From the human T2T-CHM13v2.0 reference genome, Homo sapiens: 64,000 nt of DNA. Below are positions 13,000 through 25,690 of the stretch, piece after piece. The notes beneath the pieces were generated by a model. That model worked only from the letters and a program-made list of their open reading frames with translations, was not told the DNA's origin and ran no database searches. The translations under genes and the position numbers were made by a program. The first letter of the stretch is position 1; each line of letters begins with the position of its first letter. The DNA lies in assembly GCF_009914755.1 (NCBI RefSeq), contig NC_060946.1. One strand, written 5' to 3'.

Positions 13000-14458
13000 T
13001 CCTCCAGATGGCCTGTGGTCTGCCTCTTGGCACCTGAGAAGCCCACAGTGCTGTAGAAGCCCCTATGCATGGACTGGAGCCCCAAAGGTGGCACACACCC
13101 CGCTCCTGAGCCTGCTGCTCCTTTCCTCTATGTGGCTCCATTTGCAGCACATTTGTTGCACTGAGTCCTATGCATCCCAGGCAAAGCCAAGCTGGCTCAA
13201 AGAGCAACCAGCCACCTCTGCAAGGGTGTGCCAGGAGCCGATAGACCAGCCACCAACGTCACTCCCTGCCAGCCAGGGTAAATCAGTTACTCTGCCCTGG
13301 AGGTGGAGCCCCAGTGCCATCTGCTTTTCCTCAGGCCTCTACTCCATCAGCTGTCAGGTGGTGGTCATTCAGACTGTGGGAACCTGGCCATCCCTGTTTC
13401 CTTGAGTGGGTGAGGTTGGTGACAGCTCCACCTGCTCCTGGCACACCCTTGCAGAGGTAGCTGGTTGCTCTTTGAGCCAGCTTGTCCTTGCCTGGCATGC
13501 ACAGGCCCCAGGTACTGAGAAGTTGCTCCGAGTAAGCTTGTCTTGGGCCAAATTCTAAGTCTGGCCAGGGCCACAGAAGGCCGAGTCCCCTGGGTGGTAA
13601 TCCTGGCTGCTGCAGGGAACCCATGGTGCCCCTCCCCTCCCAGGGCTCAGGATGAGGTCCGACTGGGACAGGATGCTTTAGGTATGGGGCTTGTGCCCCA
13701 GGAGGGGGCCTCTGTCACACAGGTTGGGTGAGAAGATGTATGCCATGCTGCTGGCTGCTGGCTGCCGGCTGCCAGGGCTTTTGGGATGCACGTTCACCCT
13801 TCCTTTCAGGGACCTCAAAGTGACCAGCTTCCCTTTTAAGAATGACTTCCCAAGGCCCAGGAGCCATCTGGGGCTGCAGAGCTGCATGCTGCCCTGGCTT
13901 CTTCCATGTTGTGCTGGTCACTACCCACCAAGGGGGATCAGATGCAGGCACGATGCAGGACGGTTGACTCTGGACCTGTGTCTTGGTTATCATGGAGCTG
14001 GACTGGGCCAGGTGACAGGGCCCTGATGGGGTTGTCCTGGGTGGTCAGGGGGGTGATGAGAAAAATGCAGAATGGAATTGCTGTGAGGATGAATGAGACG
14101 ACTGTCAGCACAAAACAGGCACCCGGTGAGTGTTCAGGGATTACCCTCAGTAGCTGCCCAGAGGCCAAAACCACCCACCTGATAGTGACTGTCCCCAAGC
14201 CAGGAGGAAGAGAGGAGAGCAGGTCCCACTCACCTGAGTCTGATCAGTGAGCTGTGTTGAGATGTGTCTCTCATCTAGAAAATGGTCCTTCATGCAGAGC
14301 TACTCACAGACACTGCTGTGTGTCTCTAACTTCTCCACAACACAGAGGCGATGGGGACTCAGGAAGAGTGACATTGTGGGTTGACAACCCACCACAACGG
14401 GAGCCTGCTTGGGTCAACAGGGCTCAGAGTCAGTGTCCTTTATCCCCTGAACTGACAT

Positions 14459-14525
14459 GTGTATATACAATGTGTTTGTGTACGCATGTGTGCCTGTGTG
14501 TGTGTGAGCGTGTATGTGTGTGTTT
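14459..14525. repeat. Imperfect (TG)n microsatellite
   Basis: A TG-dinucleotide run is directly visible. Confidence 0.8.
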
Positions 14526-14884
14526 GTCTTGCTTCTCTGGACAGGCCTAGCTTCTCCACTCATGGGTGCACCCAGGTCCTCATCACTGTCACCTTAGAGC
14601 ATTAGAGCCTCTATAGGTGCTCCCCAATCTCTGCCCTCCCCACCCATGGTGGTCCTGGGGATGCAGACAGAGGAGGGGCACTTCATAATGCTGAGAGGGC
14701 TGGCACCCTCTCTAGGTGGAACACAGGTCATTTGTAAAGTTGTAGGTTTGTCAAGCAGTATTGGATTCAACACATCTTCTCACCTTCTCTTTCCAGCCAC
14801 CCTCTAGGGTGCCCAGACTCGTCTTCCCTGCAGATGGAGGCAAGGAGGTGACAGAGAAAAGCCCCCTGCCTAAGGTCACATAGT

Positions 14885-15510
14885 GGCCAGCAGGCCACGT
14901 ACTCACCAATCATCCCTGACCAGGTTCCCAGTGATGAGTGATGAGGCCCCTAATGACCACTCCTCCATTGACCAGGTCCCACTGATCAAGTCCCCGCTGA
15001 CCATGTCTTCCTAACCAGGCCCACACTTAATAGGCCTCATGGACCAGACCCCACTGACCAATTTTCCACTGACCTGGTCCCCACTGACAAGACCGGGTTC
15101 CCACTGACAAGACCACAATTTACCAGGTTGCTGCTGACCCGACCCCCCACTGAACAATTCTCCATGGATGAGTCCCTAGCTGACCGAGCCCCCTCTGACC
15201 AGGCCCTCATTGACCAGGCTCCAAGCCACTAAGGCCCCACATTGACCAGGGACCAGGCCTCTGGTATACTGTATATGCCTCACCAACCAGTTTTTCATTG
15301 TTTATGTTCCAACTGATCAGGCCCCACTAATAAGGCCACCACTGACTAGGTCCCCCCACTGACCAGGCTTCCAATGATTAGGTCACCAGGTCCCCACTGA
15401 TGAGGCCTTTACTGAGGAGGCCGCCACTAACCAGGCCCCTGCTGATCAGGTCCCACATGACTAGGTCCTGATGACCAGGTCATCTCTGACCATGGTCCAC
15501 TGACCAGGCC
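14885..15510. repeat. Degenerate ~15-17 bp minisatellite, consensus ~CCCCACTGACCAGG(C/T)
   Basis: Dozens of adjacent variants of 'ccccactgaccagg'. Confidence 0.85.
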
Positions 15511-17149
15511 CATGAGCAACGGGGCTCAAAGTCTCATTACAATGTCCCCCTCAGCTCATAGACCCTCCCTCCCTGCATGTGTGCCCAGAGGTCAGGCTCT
15601 GGGGTTTTTTTTGAGACATGGCCTTTCCTCCAAGACACAGGGAGAGACAGTTGGCCTCAGGCTCCAGGTTCCCAGCTCCACACTCACCCCAAAGGCCCTC
15701 TGGGCCCGTCTCAAAGGAGAAAGTGAGGTGGCCTGACACTGCCTGGACACACCATCTACCCTATTCCTGAGTGTCAGAGTGTGAGGAAGGGAGGGACATT
15801 TGGCAGATGAGACACACTGTGCTGTTGGGTCTCCCAGGGCCCTTCCCATATAGCCCCGATCTAAAGACACAACACAGAGGCTACAGGAAGACTAATCCAG
15901 AACCTCTGAGGCTCAGCCAGGGACCACATGAGGACTCTCTCCAGACAGCCAGAAGACCCTTTGCTAGTTTCCTGGTACCTCAGTGGATGTGGCAGCAGTT
16001 CTTCTGTTGGGGACCAGTGAGTACACACTGGGGAGGGCTCACCTGTGCTTCCTCATTGGCTCCACCTCTGCTTCTAAAAAAAATTACTCATTCCAAAGCT
16101 GGGACAGAGAAAATACAAGATGAGCTTAGAACATCTTCTGCCAGAAATTAAAAAAGTGCTGGCAGAGTAATGGAGACAAATCAAAGAGACATAAAGTCAG
16201 CTTGGAATGTCTACTACTGGCCTAATCTTGGGGAATTGAAGCATCAGAATCAAGAGCTTTCCTTCTCCCTTATTTATTGGTTTTATTTCTCCATGTAGAA
16301 CAAAGAAGACAATAAGAAAATAATCATCTGGCAACCATCAAAGTAATAATTGTTCAAACACAAGTCATCCATGAAATGCTAAATCTAGTGGGTTCTGAGG
16401 AGTAACAAGATATTTACAGAGCCTCAAAGTATCTCCATACAAAATACGGTTGAACTACAAAAAGAAAATCATAACATTAGCATGGACAAACCTGGCAGGT
16501 ACTCCTTAAGTCTCCTAAGTAATAAAAACTGTAAAATGCAAATAAGCCTTCGATGACCTTTACTAACTTTTACTAAAGTATCAATGATGACTTGGTTGTT
16601 TAAACAGCTGACATTTGGGCAATTTGAGTATGTCAAACTCAATAATACTGGTTTTCATTTGCAAGATCCACTTAAAACTTAAGGAGGCTAAAAAACATCA
16701 TTTAAAATACCCTATAAATTATCATCATATATATCATACAAAAATATCCTACTTCAGTAAATATTGTAATGTTATACATTTTATGAGAAACAACTAAAAT
16801 GTGTAAATAGCCCAGTAATAAAGTTTTATAATCTTTTAAATCATACAATTTTTCTTTAAGACATTATGGTTAAATATTCTCTTCGTTAGATGTGGCTTAC
16901 CCGTGGATTCTAGAGAAGAAAGTAGATGGGAGCAAGTGTCCAACACAGCAGCAGCTGGAAAGAAAAATAAAGAATTATGTTCTTTACCTAAAACACTTCA
17001 GTTGACTAAGTGTACGTTTAAAAACTAAAGAGTTGATAACTTTATCAGAGTTAATAAGAATGAGAAATATGTATGTGCATTTACAATACAAAATTACTAT
17101 TTAATAATTTACACATGGCATTAATTCTAATTGTGTTTAAATATCAGAG

Positions 17150-17690
17150 TTTCTCATTCTTCATTCATGTAATCAACAGCCACATGCTAAGGTACTAGAA
17201 CCAGCACTGGAATTACAAGATGAAGATGGCATGGTCCACCTCCCAACAGTCATATGCTATAACCTAAAAAAACAGACAGGCAGGCAATGTCCATATAGAG
17301 TCAAAGATACCATGACAGGTATACAGCAGGGCACTACAGGAACACATAGAAGGGACATCTACCCACTTTTATGTCAATATCATGGGCTTTCTGGTGGAGG
17401 AGATAACATAGATTGATACCTGAAGGACAAGAAAAAGCTTCCCAGATAGAGGGAAGAGGGGAAGGCAAAGAGCCAGAGGTGAGGAAGAGCCCTGCAGAGT
17501 TCCACTCCATCCAGTTTGGTGCTAGAGCAAAGGGCAGAGTGCAGTAAGTGGCGAGAGACAAGGCTGAGTAACTTGACGAGAATTACTTTGATATGGGTGT
17601 TTTTATTTCATGGTGAAAAATTTGGAACTTTTCCTGAGAACAAGTGTAAGCCAATGACACAGTAATTGACAGGAGATTTAAAATGTCACC
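17150..17690 (-). mobile_element. Old L2 fragment
   Basis: 'tcattcttcattcatgtaatcaac' resembles the L2 tail and is followed by L2-like 3' sequence. It is highly degraded. Confidence 0.45.
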
Positions 17691-18095
17691 TGTCAAGTGA
17701 CTGCTTATGAAGGGTTATTGCTCAGCTAAGTATTTCTGAATGAGTCTTATGTCTGTTGGCCTTCAATCTCTACCGAAACCCTGAGAACTTGATGATGCTT
17801 TTGTTTTCTGAGAATCGTTTCAGTGTGCTGGCTGACAGTTCCATGAGGATGGCAAAACTTAAGAAAGTGTAGAGTCAGTGAAAAAGAGATGCACAGACTT
17901 CTTGGGAACTGTTTAAGCTTTGGAACATGATGAATTTATGGTGTATAAGTACAGTCTTCTCTGTGAAAGTTTCTGTTTTCACATCTTTCATTAGATGTGT
18001 GTAAGAAAAAAAATATTGATGTAGTATCTACTAACCCAAGAATGAAAAGGAATGTCATTTGCTTTTTACACTTTATTTCTAAAATAAACCTAAAT

Positions 18096-18167
18096 TTAAT
18101 TAATAAATTTTGGCAAAGTACTTCTCTTTGTTTCTCTAATTATTTGTTCTATACAGTCCGGCTCCAT
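18096..18167 (-). pseudogene. Terminal coding exon, ANKRD18B-like
   Basis: ttttag|MEPDCIEQIIRETKRSTLPKFIN*, which resembles the ANKRD18B C-terminus. Confidence 0.75.
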
Positions 18168-18435
18168 CTAAAATAAGTAAAAAAAAAATAATGTTTAAGT
18201 TAAACAAGAAACATTATCATAAAAATAAGACATCACTTACAAAATGTGACCTTTAGTATTTTTAGTGACTAGACATAACTTGAAGTTTGCTTACATAGAA
18301 AAATAATCACATAAATAAAGTAAAATTTCTACTTATTTTAAGATTAGATAACAGAGGATGTATATGTGTAATGCTGTTTAGAGTAATCTGACAAAAATGC
18401 AGTTAATATTGATCTATTGCATATACATGATTTTA

Positions 18436-18828
<393 letters not shown>

Positions 18829-18904
18829 TTATAAAAGTTTAACCCATTTTTTACTTCAATAAATTTTATCTTAAAAAGAAATTTCTGTTCTCTACTTATA
18901 GTAA

Positions 18905-20065
18905 ACTTTTCTTTTTTTTTCTAGTTTGTATTCTAAATTAACGTGGTACCTCTGTAGGTTTCTTTCAAAGGCATATTTAGGGATGCCGAGGTTTGCAGCA
19001 CAATAGAACTCATCACACAGGTAGTGAGCATAGGACCCAAGAAGTAGTTTTTCAACCCTGGCCCACTCTGTCCCTCCCCGTTCTTATTTTCCAGTGTCTA
19101 TTATTCCCGTGTTTATGACAATGTGCACCCAATGTGTAGCTCCCACGTGAGTGAAAACATGAGATATTTGGTTTCTGTTTCTGTGTTGGTTTGCTTAGGA
19201 GAGTGGATTCCAGCTGTATCCTTGTTGCTGCAAACGATGTGATTTTGTTCTTTTTATGGCTGCATAGTATTCCATGGTATATATGGAATTTTCCAATCTA
19301 CCTTGGATTTTCAACGTACCTTGGATGCACCTGGATTGACTCCACGTCTTTGTTATTGTGAATAGTGCTGCAGTGAACATACATGTGTATGCATCTTTTT
19401 GTTACAATGATTTATTATCCTTCTGGTATACCCCTAGTGTAGTAATGGGGTTGCTGTATCCAACAGTCTTTCTTACTTCTTAATTTCCAAACTCTCCAGA
19501 ATAGCTGAATTAATTAACTTTGCCACAAACAGTGTGTGTTCACTTTTCTCCACAGCCTCCCCAACATCTTTTTTAATTTTTTTATTTATTATTTTTTTTA
19601 ACAAAAGTCATTCTGACTGGTGTGAAATGGTATCTCACTGATGTTTTGTTTGTCATTTTTATGATAATTAGCAACGGCAAGCATTTGTTAATGTTTGTTG
19701 GCCACTACAAGTGTTATTTTGAGAACTATCTGTTCATGTCCTTTGCCCATTTTTCATGGTGTTATTTATTTTTTGCTTGTTGATTTGTTTAGGTCTCTTA
19801 TGGATTCTGGATAATAGGATAATAGGCGTTTGCTATATCCATAGTTTGTGAATATTTTCTTCTATTCTTTAGTCTGTCTGTTTAATCCTGTGATAGTTTA
19901 TCATGCTGTGCAGAAGTTATTTAGCTAAATTAGATCACACTTGTCAATTTTTGTTATTCTTGCAATTGCTTTTGAGGACTTAGCCATAAATTAATTGACA
20001 AATATGATGTCTAGAGGAGAATTTCCTAGGTTTTCTTCCAGGATTTTTATAGTCAGAAGATGTAC
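18905..20065 (-). mobile_element. L1 3' end (L1PA-old/L1PB type)
   Basis: Reverse-complement L1 3'UTR and ORF2 end ('gtgaaaacatgagatatttggtttctg', 'tatggctgcatagtattccatgg'). Confidence 0.85.
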
Positions 20066-20089
20066 TCTTATGTAAGAAAAGCACAAACA

Positions 20090-20395
20090 TTTTTATTTTT
20101 TTTATTTTTATTTTTTTTGAGATGGAGTCTCCATCACCCAGGCTATAGTGCAGTGGTATGATCTTGGCTTACTGCAACCTCTGTCTCCTGGGTTCAAGTG
20201 ATTCTCCTGCCTCAGCCTCCTGAGTATCTGAGATTACACATGCCTGCCAACACCCCTTGCTAACTTTTGTATGTTTACTGGAGACAGGTTTCATCATGTT
20301 GGCCAGGCTGTTCTCAAACTCCTGACCTCAAGTGATTCACCTACCTCGGCCTCCCCAAATTTTGGGATTACAAGTGTGAGCCACCGTGCCTGGCC
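20090..20395 (-). mobile_element. AluS
   Basis: Full Alu with TSD-like 'aagcacaaa' on both sides. Confidence 0.95.
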
Positions 20396-20573
20396 AAGCA
20401 CAAAGCTTTTAACATAAAAATGGAACTGAACATTTTAGTGTTTTGTTTAATTAATAAAATGCAATTATTTTGGATTCTACTAAATAATAAACATCCATAT
20501 GTGGTAAAGTGTTTGGATGCCAATCATTCAGTTGTGATTATGGGTGGGAAGAATTGAGATGGTGCAAATAAAC

Positions 20574-20880
20574 TTTTTTTAAAATTTTTTATTTTCAAGA
20601 CGGAATCTTGCCCTGTCACCCAGGCTGGAGTGCAGTGGTGCAATCTCAGCTCCTGCAACCTCCATCTCCCAGGTTCAAGCAATTCTCTGCCTCAGCCTTC
20701 CTAGTAGCTGGGATTACAGGTGCCCACCACCACACCAGGCTAATATATTTTTTTGTACTTTTAGTAGAGATGGGGTTTCACCATCTTGGCCAGGCTGATC
20801 TTGAACTCCTGACCTCGTGATACATCTGCCTCAGCCTCCCAAAGTGCTGGGATTACAGGCATGAGCCACAGCACCTGGCC
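20574..20880 (-). mobile_element. AluS
   Basis: Full Alu; TSD gtgcaaa(t/g)aaacttt. Confidence 0.95.
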
Positions 20881-20908
20881 AGTGCAAAGAAACTTTAAAA
20901 GTGACATG

Positions 20909-21167
20909 GGCCGGGTGCGGTGGCTCAGATCACAAGGTCAGGAGTTCAAGAAGAGCCTGGCCAATATGGTGAAACCCTGTCTCTACTAAAAATACAAACA
21001 TTAGCTGGGTGTAATGGTGGGTGCTTGTAGTCTCAGCTACTCAGGAGGCTGAGGCAGGAGAATCACTTGAACCCGGGAGGTGGAGGTTGCAGTGAGTGGA
21101 GATGGCACCAAGAAACCCCAGCCTGGGCGACAGAGTGAGACACTGCCTCAAAAAAAAGAAAAAAAAA
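20909..21167 (+). mobile_element. AluS with a ~40 bp deletion in the left arm
   Basis: 'ggccgggtgcggtggctca|gatcacaaggtcagg'; TSD aaaagtg(ac/gt)atg. Confidence 0.93.
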
Positions 21168-21515
21168 GTGGTATGAACCACAGCTAAACTACAATGAATT
21201 AGAGAGTAAGCCAAAGCATCTCAAAGTATATCATCAGTTATCAGGCAATAACATGTAATTTCTAAAACCTAACTTAAATGCAGCTTTTAAAGACATTTTA
21301 AATGTGTCAGTTTAGTCACATTTATTGAATAAAGTTAGCAAATGGATATCTCTTGAAAATGAGGGCTCCAGGGAATTAAAAAATGTAAAATTCCCATTTC
21401 CTTTCTGTGTTAACACAGCTAATTATGATCTTTACTTCACATGCAAAAGTCAACAGAACAACTCAGTATTTCACCAAATTATAAACAAGAATTACGCTAG
21501 AGAAATGAAACCCTA

Positions 21516-21764
<249 letters not shown>

Positions 21765-23104
21765 TTAAAGATAACAAAGACAAATGCTTAGTATTTCATA
21801 TTTCCTTAAATGAATCTTAATGACTTGCAGTCATTACATTTAAAGTGTTGTCCTGAGAGTAAACCAAATTACCCACTAAATAGTGTTTTCACACCGAAGA
21901 TGTGTAAGAGCATACCTGTTGTAAGGAATTATAATTTTAAAATCATTCTAAAGAAGCACCTTTGTTTCTAAGGTGATTTACACTGAACAAGCAGTTCAAA
22001 CAAAGTAGACAGGGAAGAGAAATTCCTATCAGTGGTGTATGGCTCAACAGGCAAAATTTGCTGCCTTCTAAAATGGCTCTACTTGTAAGATTCTGAAGAT
22101 TCCATTAGAAATACTTGTATTTAAAGGGCAATAATGTGGGAAAATGAATATGTTGATTTGCTTGATTATAAGAACCACTTCACTAGAAATAATTATATCA
22201 AAACATCATGTTGTACTCCTTAATGTAGGTTAAGAAAACTAAAATGAATAAAAATAATCTAGGAGTACTTGTGTTTAGTAAACCAGTTTTAGATTTCACC
22301 CTTGTACATTTCACCCATTATCTAGAACCAATTAAACATTTGGCACTGAAGAATAATTCAGAGCAACAACTCCTAGGGGAGAACTAGATTGTCTGGTTGG
22401 TGATCAAAAAGAACTAAAGCATCTCTGAAGGCAATTAGCCCCCAACACTGTGACCAAGGCCCAGGAGGTGGGACACGTTCTTTCTGCCTTCCACACACTC
22501 CTTCAGGCTGAACAAGGTGTTATTTTTTAACAGCTTTGTGAATTACACTTCTTTAAAATCCTGTGATAATTATTCCTTATTTCACAAGGATGCCTTTCTG
22601 TAACATCTTGAATATGTTACACAAATAGTCTTTCTTGATGCACCCTCTGATGATAATACTAAAGATCACAATCAAAAACGATTGTGCCCAAAGTAGCAGT
22701 ACCACTTTTCATTTAGGTTGTGATCCACTGAAAAAGAAATTAAACTCATTAATATTTCTATTTAGGGAAATTCTGACAAGTAATTTTATAACAGGATCAC
22801 TTCATTAATTATAAAGCTTCAAAAATACATAGTGAAAAAAACTAACAGATCAGTTTAATTACATGAGACTTTTCAGGGGAAAAAGCCATACAAAAACAAA
22901 CAAAAAAAAAAATGAGAGGAGAGACAAAAACTATCGTTGACTAACATTAAAAGGTAAGATTATTTACTAACATTGTTTTTCAAAATTACATTGTCAAATT
23001 AACATTCACTTCCTACTAATATCCTGAAGCCATCTCACTAAAAATTATGCTTTTGAAACAAATTAATGAGCTTAATTCATTCTCTGAGTGTATGTTTTGA
23101 CTTA

Positions 23105-23317
<213 letters not shown>

Positions 23318-23803
23318 CTAAAACAAAGGAAAATAATACACTTTTAAAACAATAACATAATTATTATATGTTTGTTGCCTTTCATTTTGAGTCAGTGATT
23401 CAAAGAACATTTCTGAATATGTTAAAAAAGAGGCTGAAGCTTAAAATACTTCAGCAATATCAAAACTAATAACTGAATTCAGAATTAAGACTGATTTATA
23501 AAAATTTGAAATCATAATTATGTTAGTATTAATGTAATCTGGTCATATAAAAAGTAATAGAATCCATTCATAATTTGAAAAAGTGATCAATGAACAATGT
23601 AGCTTAACACCAATTCAAAAGTATCACATAATTTCTAAATCACAATTTTTTCCTATGCCAACTGGTCTTAATCATCAAATGACTCCATAATGAGAATCAT
23701 TACTCTGAAAGATTGATTTTCTCATAATAATAATGGAAATTTAAATATTTAAAAGAAAAAACAGATGCCATTTTTTTCTACAACTCTACAAAGCAGATTG
23801 CTA

Positions 23804-24307
<504 letters not shown>

Positions 24308-24651
24308 TTATCAGTAATGCATCAGATTCTTCAAATGTGAACCCTTAAATTACTCAGAATTTTAAGAACAATGTTAAAGCTACCATGAGTCATAAAAATA
24401 TATTCTTATCATCATCTTTGCCACAGAACTTTTGTACTTCATCTTACTTTTATTTTTCTGATAATTTATTTTTGTTCCTCCTTAAATGGCACAAAGTTAT
24501 CTCCTAGTAAAAATGTCTAATCCCCTTCCCTCATTATCATTCCCCACAATATGTAAAAAAAAGTTTCAGAGATATCATATTGAGTTATTTAGGCCAAAGT
24601 CAATACATGGCTCTAGGAATAAGACTTTGAAATTAATATTACACTCTATAC

Positions 24652-24806
24652 TAGGCATGGTGGCTCATGACGGTAATCCCATCACTTTAAAAAGCTGTGG
24701 CAGAAAGATCACTTGAGGTCAGGAATTTGAGATCAGCCAGAGCAACATAGTGAGACCCCCATCTCTAGAAAAAAATTTTTTTAAATTACCCGGGCATGGT
24801 GGCTCA
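24652..24806 (+). mobile_element. Truncated old Alu (left arm and start of right arm)
   Basis: Alu left monomer and linker, then 'cgggcatggtggctca' joined to mtDNA-derived sequence. Confidence 0.85.
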
Positions 24807-25322
24807 GAAATATTCCTCTTCGCTGGATTCTTTTGAGCATTCTACCATTCTAGCCTAGCCCCTACTCCAGAATTAGGAGGGCATTGACCCCCAACAGGTA
24901 TTTCTCCCCTTGACCCCCTGGAAGTACCTCTTCTGAATCCATCTGTATTACTTGCATCAGGAGTTTCAACTACTTGAGCCCATCACAGCCTAACAAAAAA
25001 TAATCAAAAACATACAATCCAAGCACTACTTGTTACAATTATATTAGGTATTTACTTCACCTTCCTACAAGTCTCAGAATACTTCAAAGCTCCCTTTGTT
25101 ATTTCTGATGGTATTTATGGCTCAACATTTTTTTATAGCTACAGGCTTTCACAGAATTCACGTCATTATTGGATCAACATTCCTCAGTCTGCCTTCTCCG
25201 CCAATTAAAATACCACTTTACATCTAGTCATCACTTTGCCTTTGAAGCCGCTGCCTGATATCGACACTTTGTAGATGTAGTATGACTATTCTTGTATGTT
25301 TCTATTTATTGATGAGGATCTT
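24803..25322 (+). pseudogene. MTCO3P: NUMT: 3' two-thirds of mitochondrial COX3
   Basis: In the mito code it reads ..[63 protein letters not shown].. to ..[26 protein letters not shown], with frameshifts. Confidence 0.95.
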
Positions 25323-25383
25323 ACTCTTTTAGTATAAATAGTACCATGATTTCCAAAGTTTTGATAGCATCCGAAAAACAGTA
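25323..25383 (+). tRNA. NUMT mt-tRNA-Gly pseudogene (internal deletion)
   Basis: 'actcttttagtataaatagtacc..ttccaa..' lies between COX3 and ND3 in mtDNA order. About 7 nt after the anticodon are missing. Confidence 0.88.
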
Positions 25384-25690
25384 ATTCACCTAACATTAAC
25401 CCTAGTAATCAACACCCTATTAGCCCTGTTACTAATAATTATTACATTTTGGCTCCCACAACTTAATATATATATGTAGAGAGAGAGAAAAATATATATA
25501 TATGTATAAAATAAATATATATAGAAAAATCTAGCCCTTATGAATGCAGATTTGACCCTCTATCCTCTGCCCACTTTCCCTTCTCCATAAAATTCTTTCT
25601 AGTAGCCATCACATTTCCCCTATTTGAGTTAGAACTCGCCCTACTACTACCCTTACTGTGAGCCCTTCAAACAATCTGATACTAATAATC
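25384..25690 (+). pseudogene. MTND3P: NUMT: mitochondrial ND3, 3'-truncated, interrupted by a TA/GA microsatellite
   Basis: ..[20 protein letters not shown][insertion][44 protein letters not shown]. Confidence 0.93.

Noticed and set aside
25323-25383. Functional tRNA-Gly
   Set aside because: It is part of a NUMT and has a deletion that disrupts the anticodon arm.
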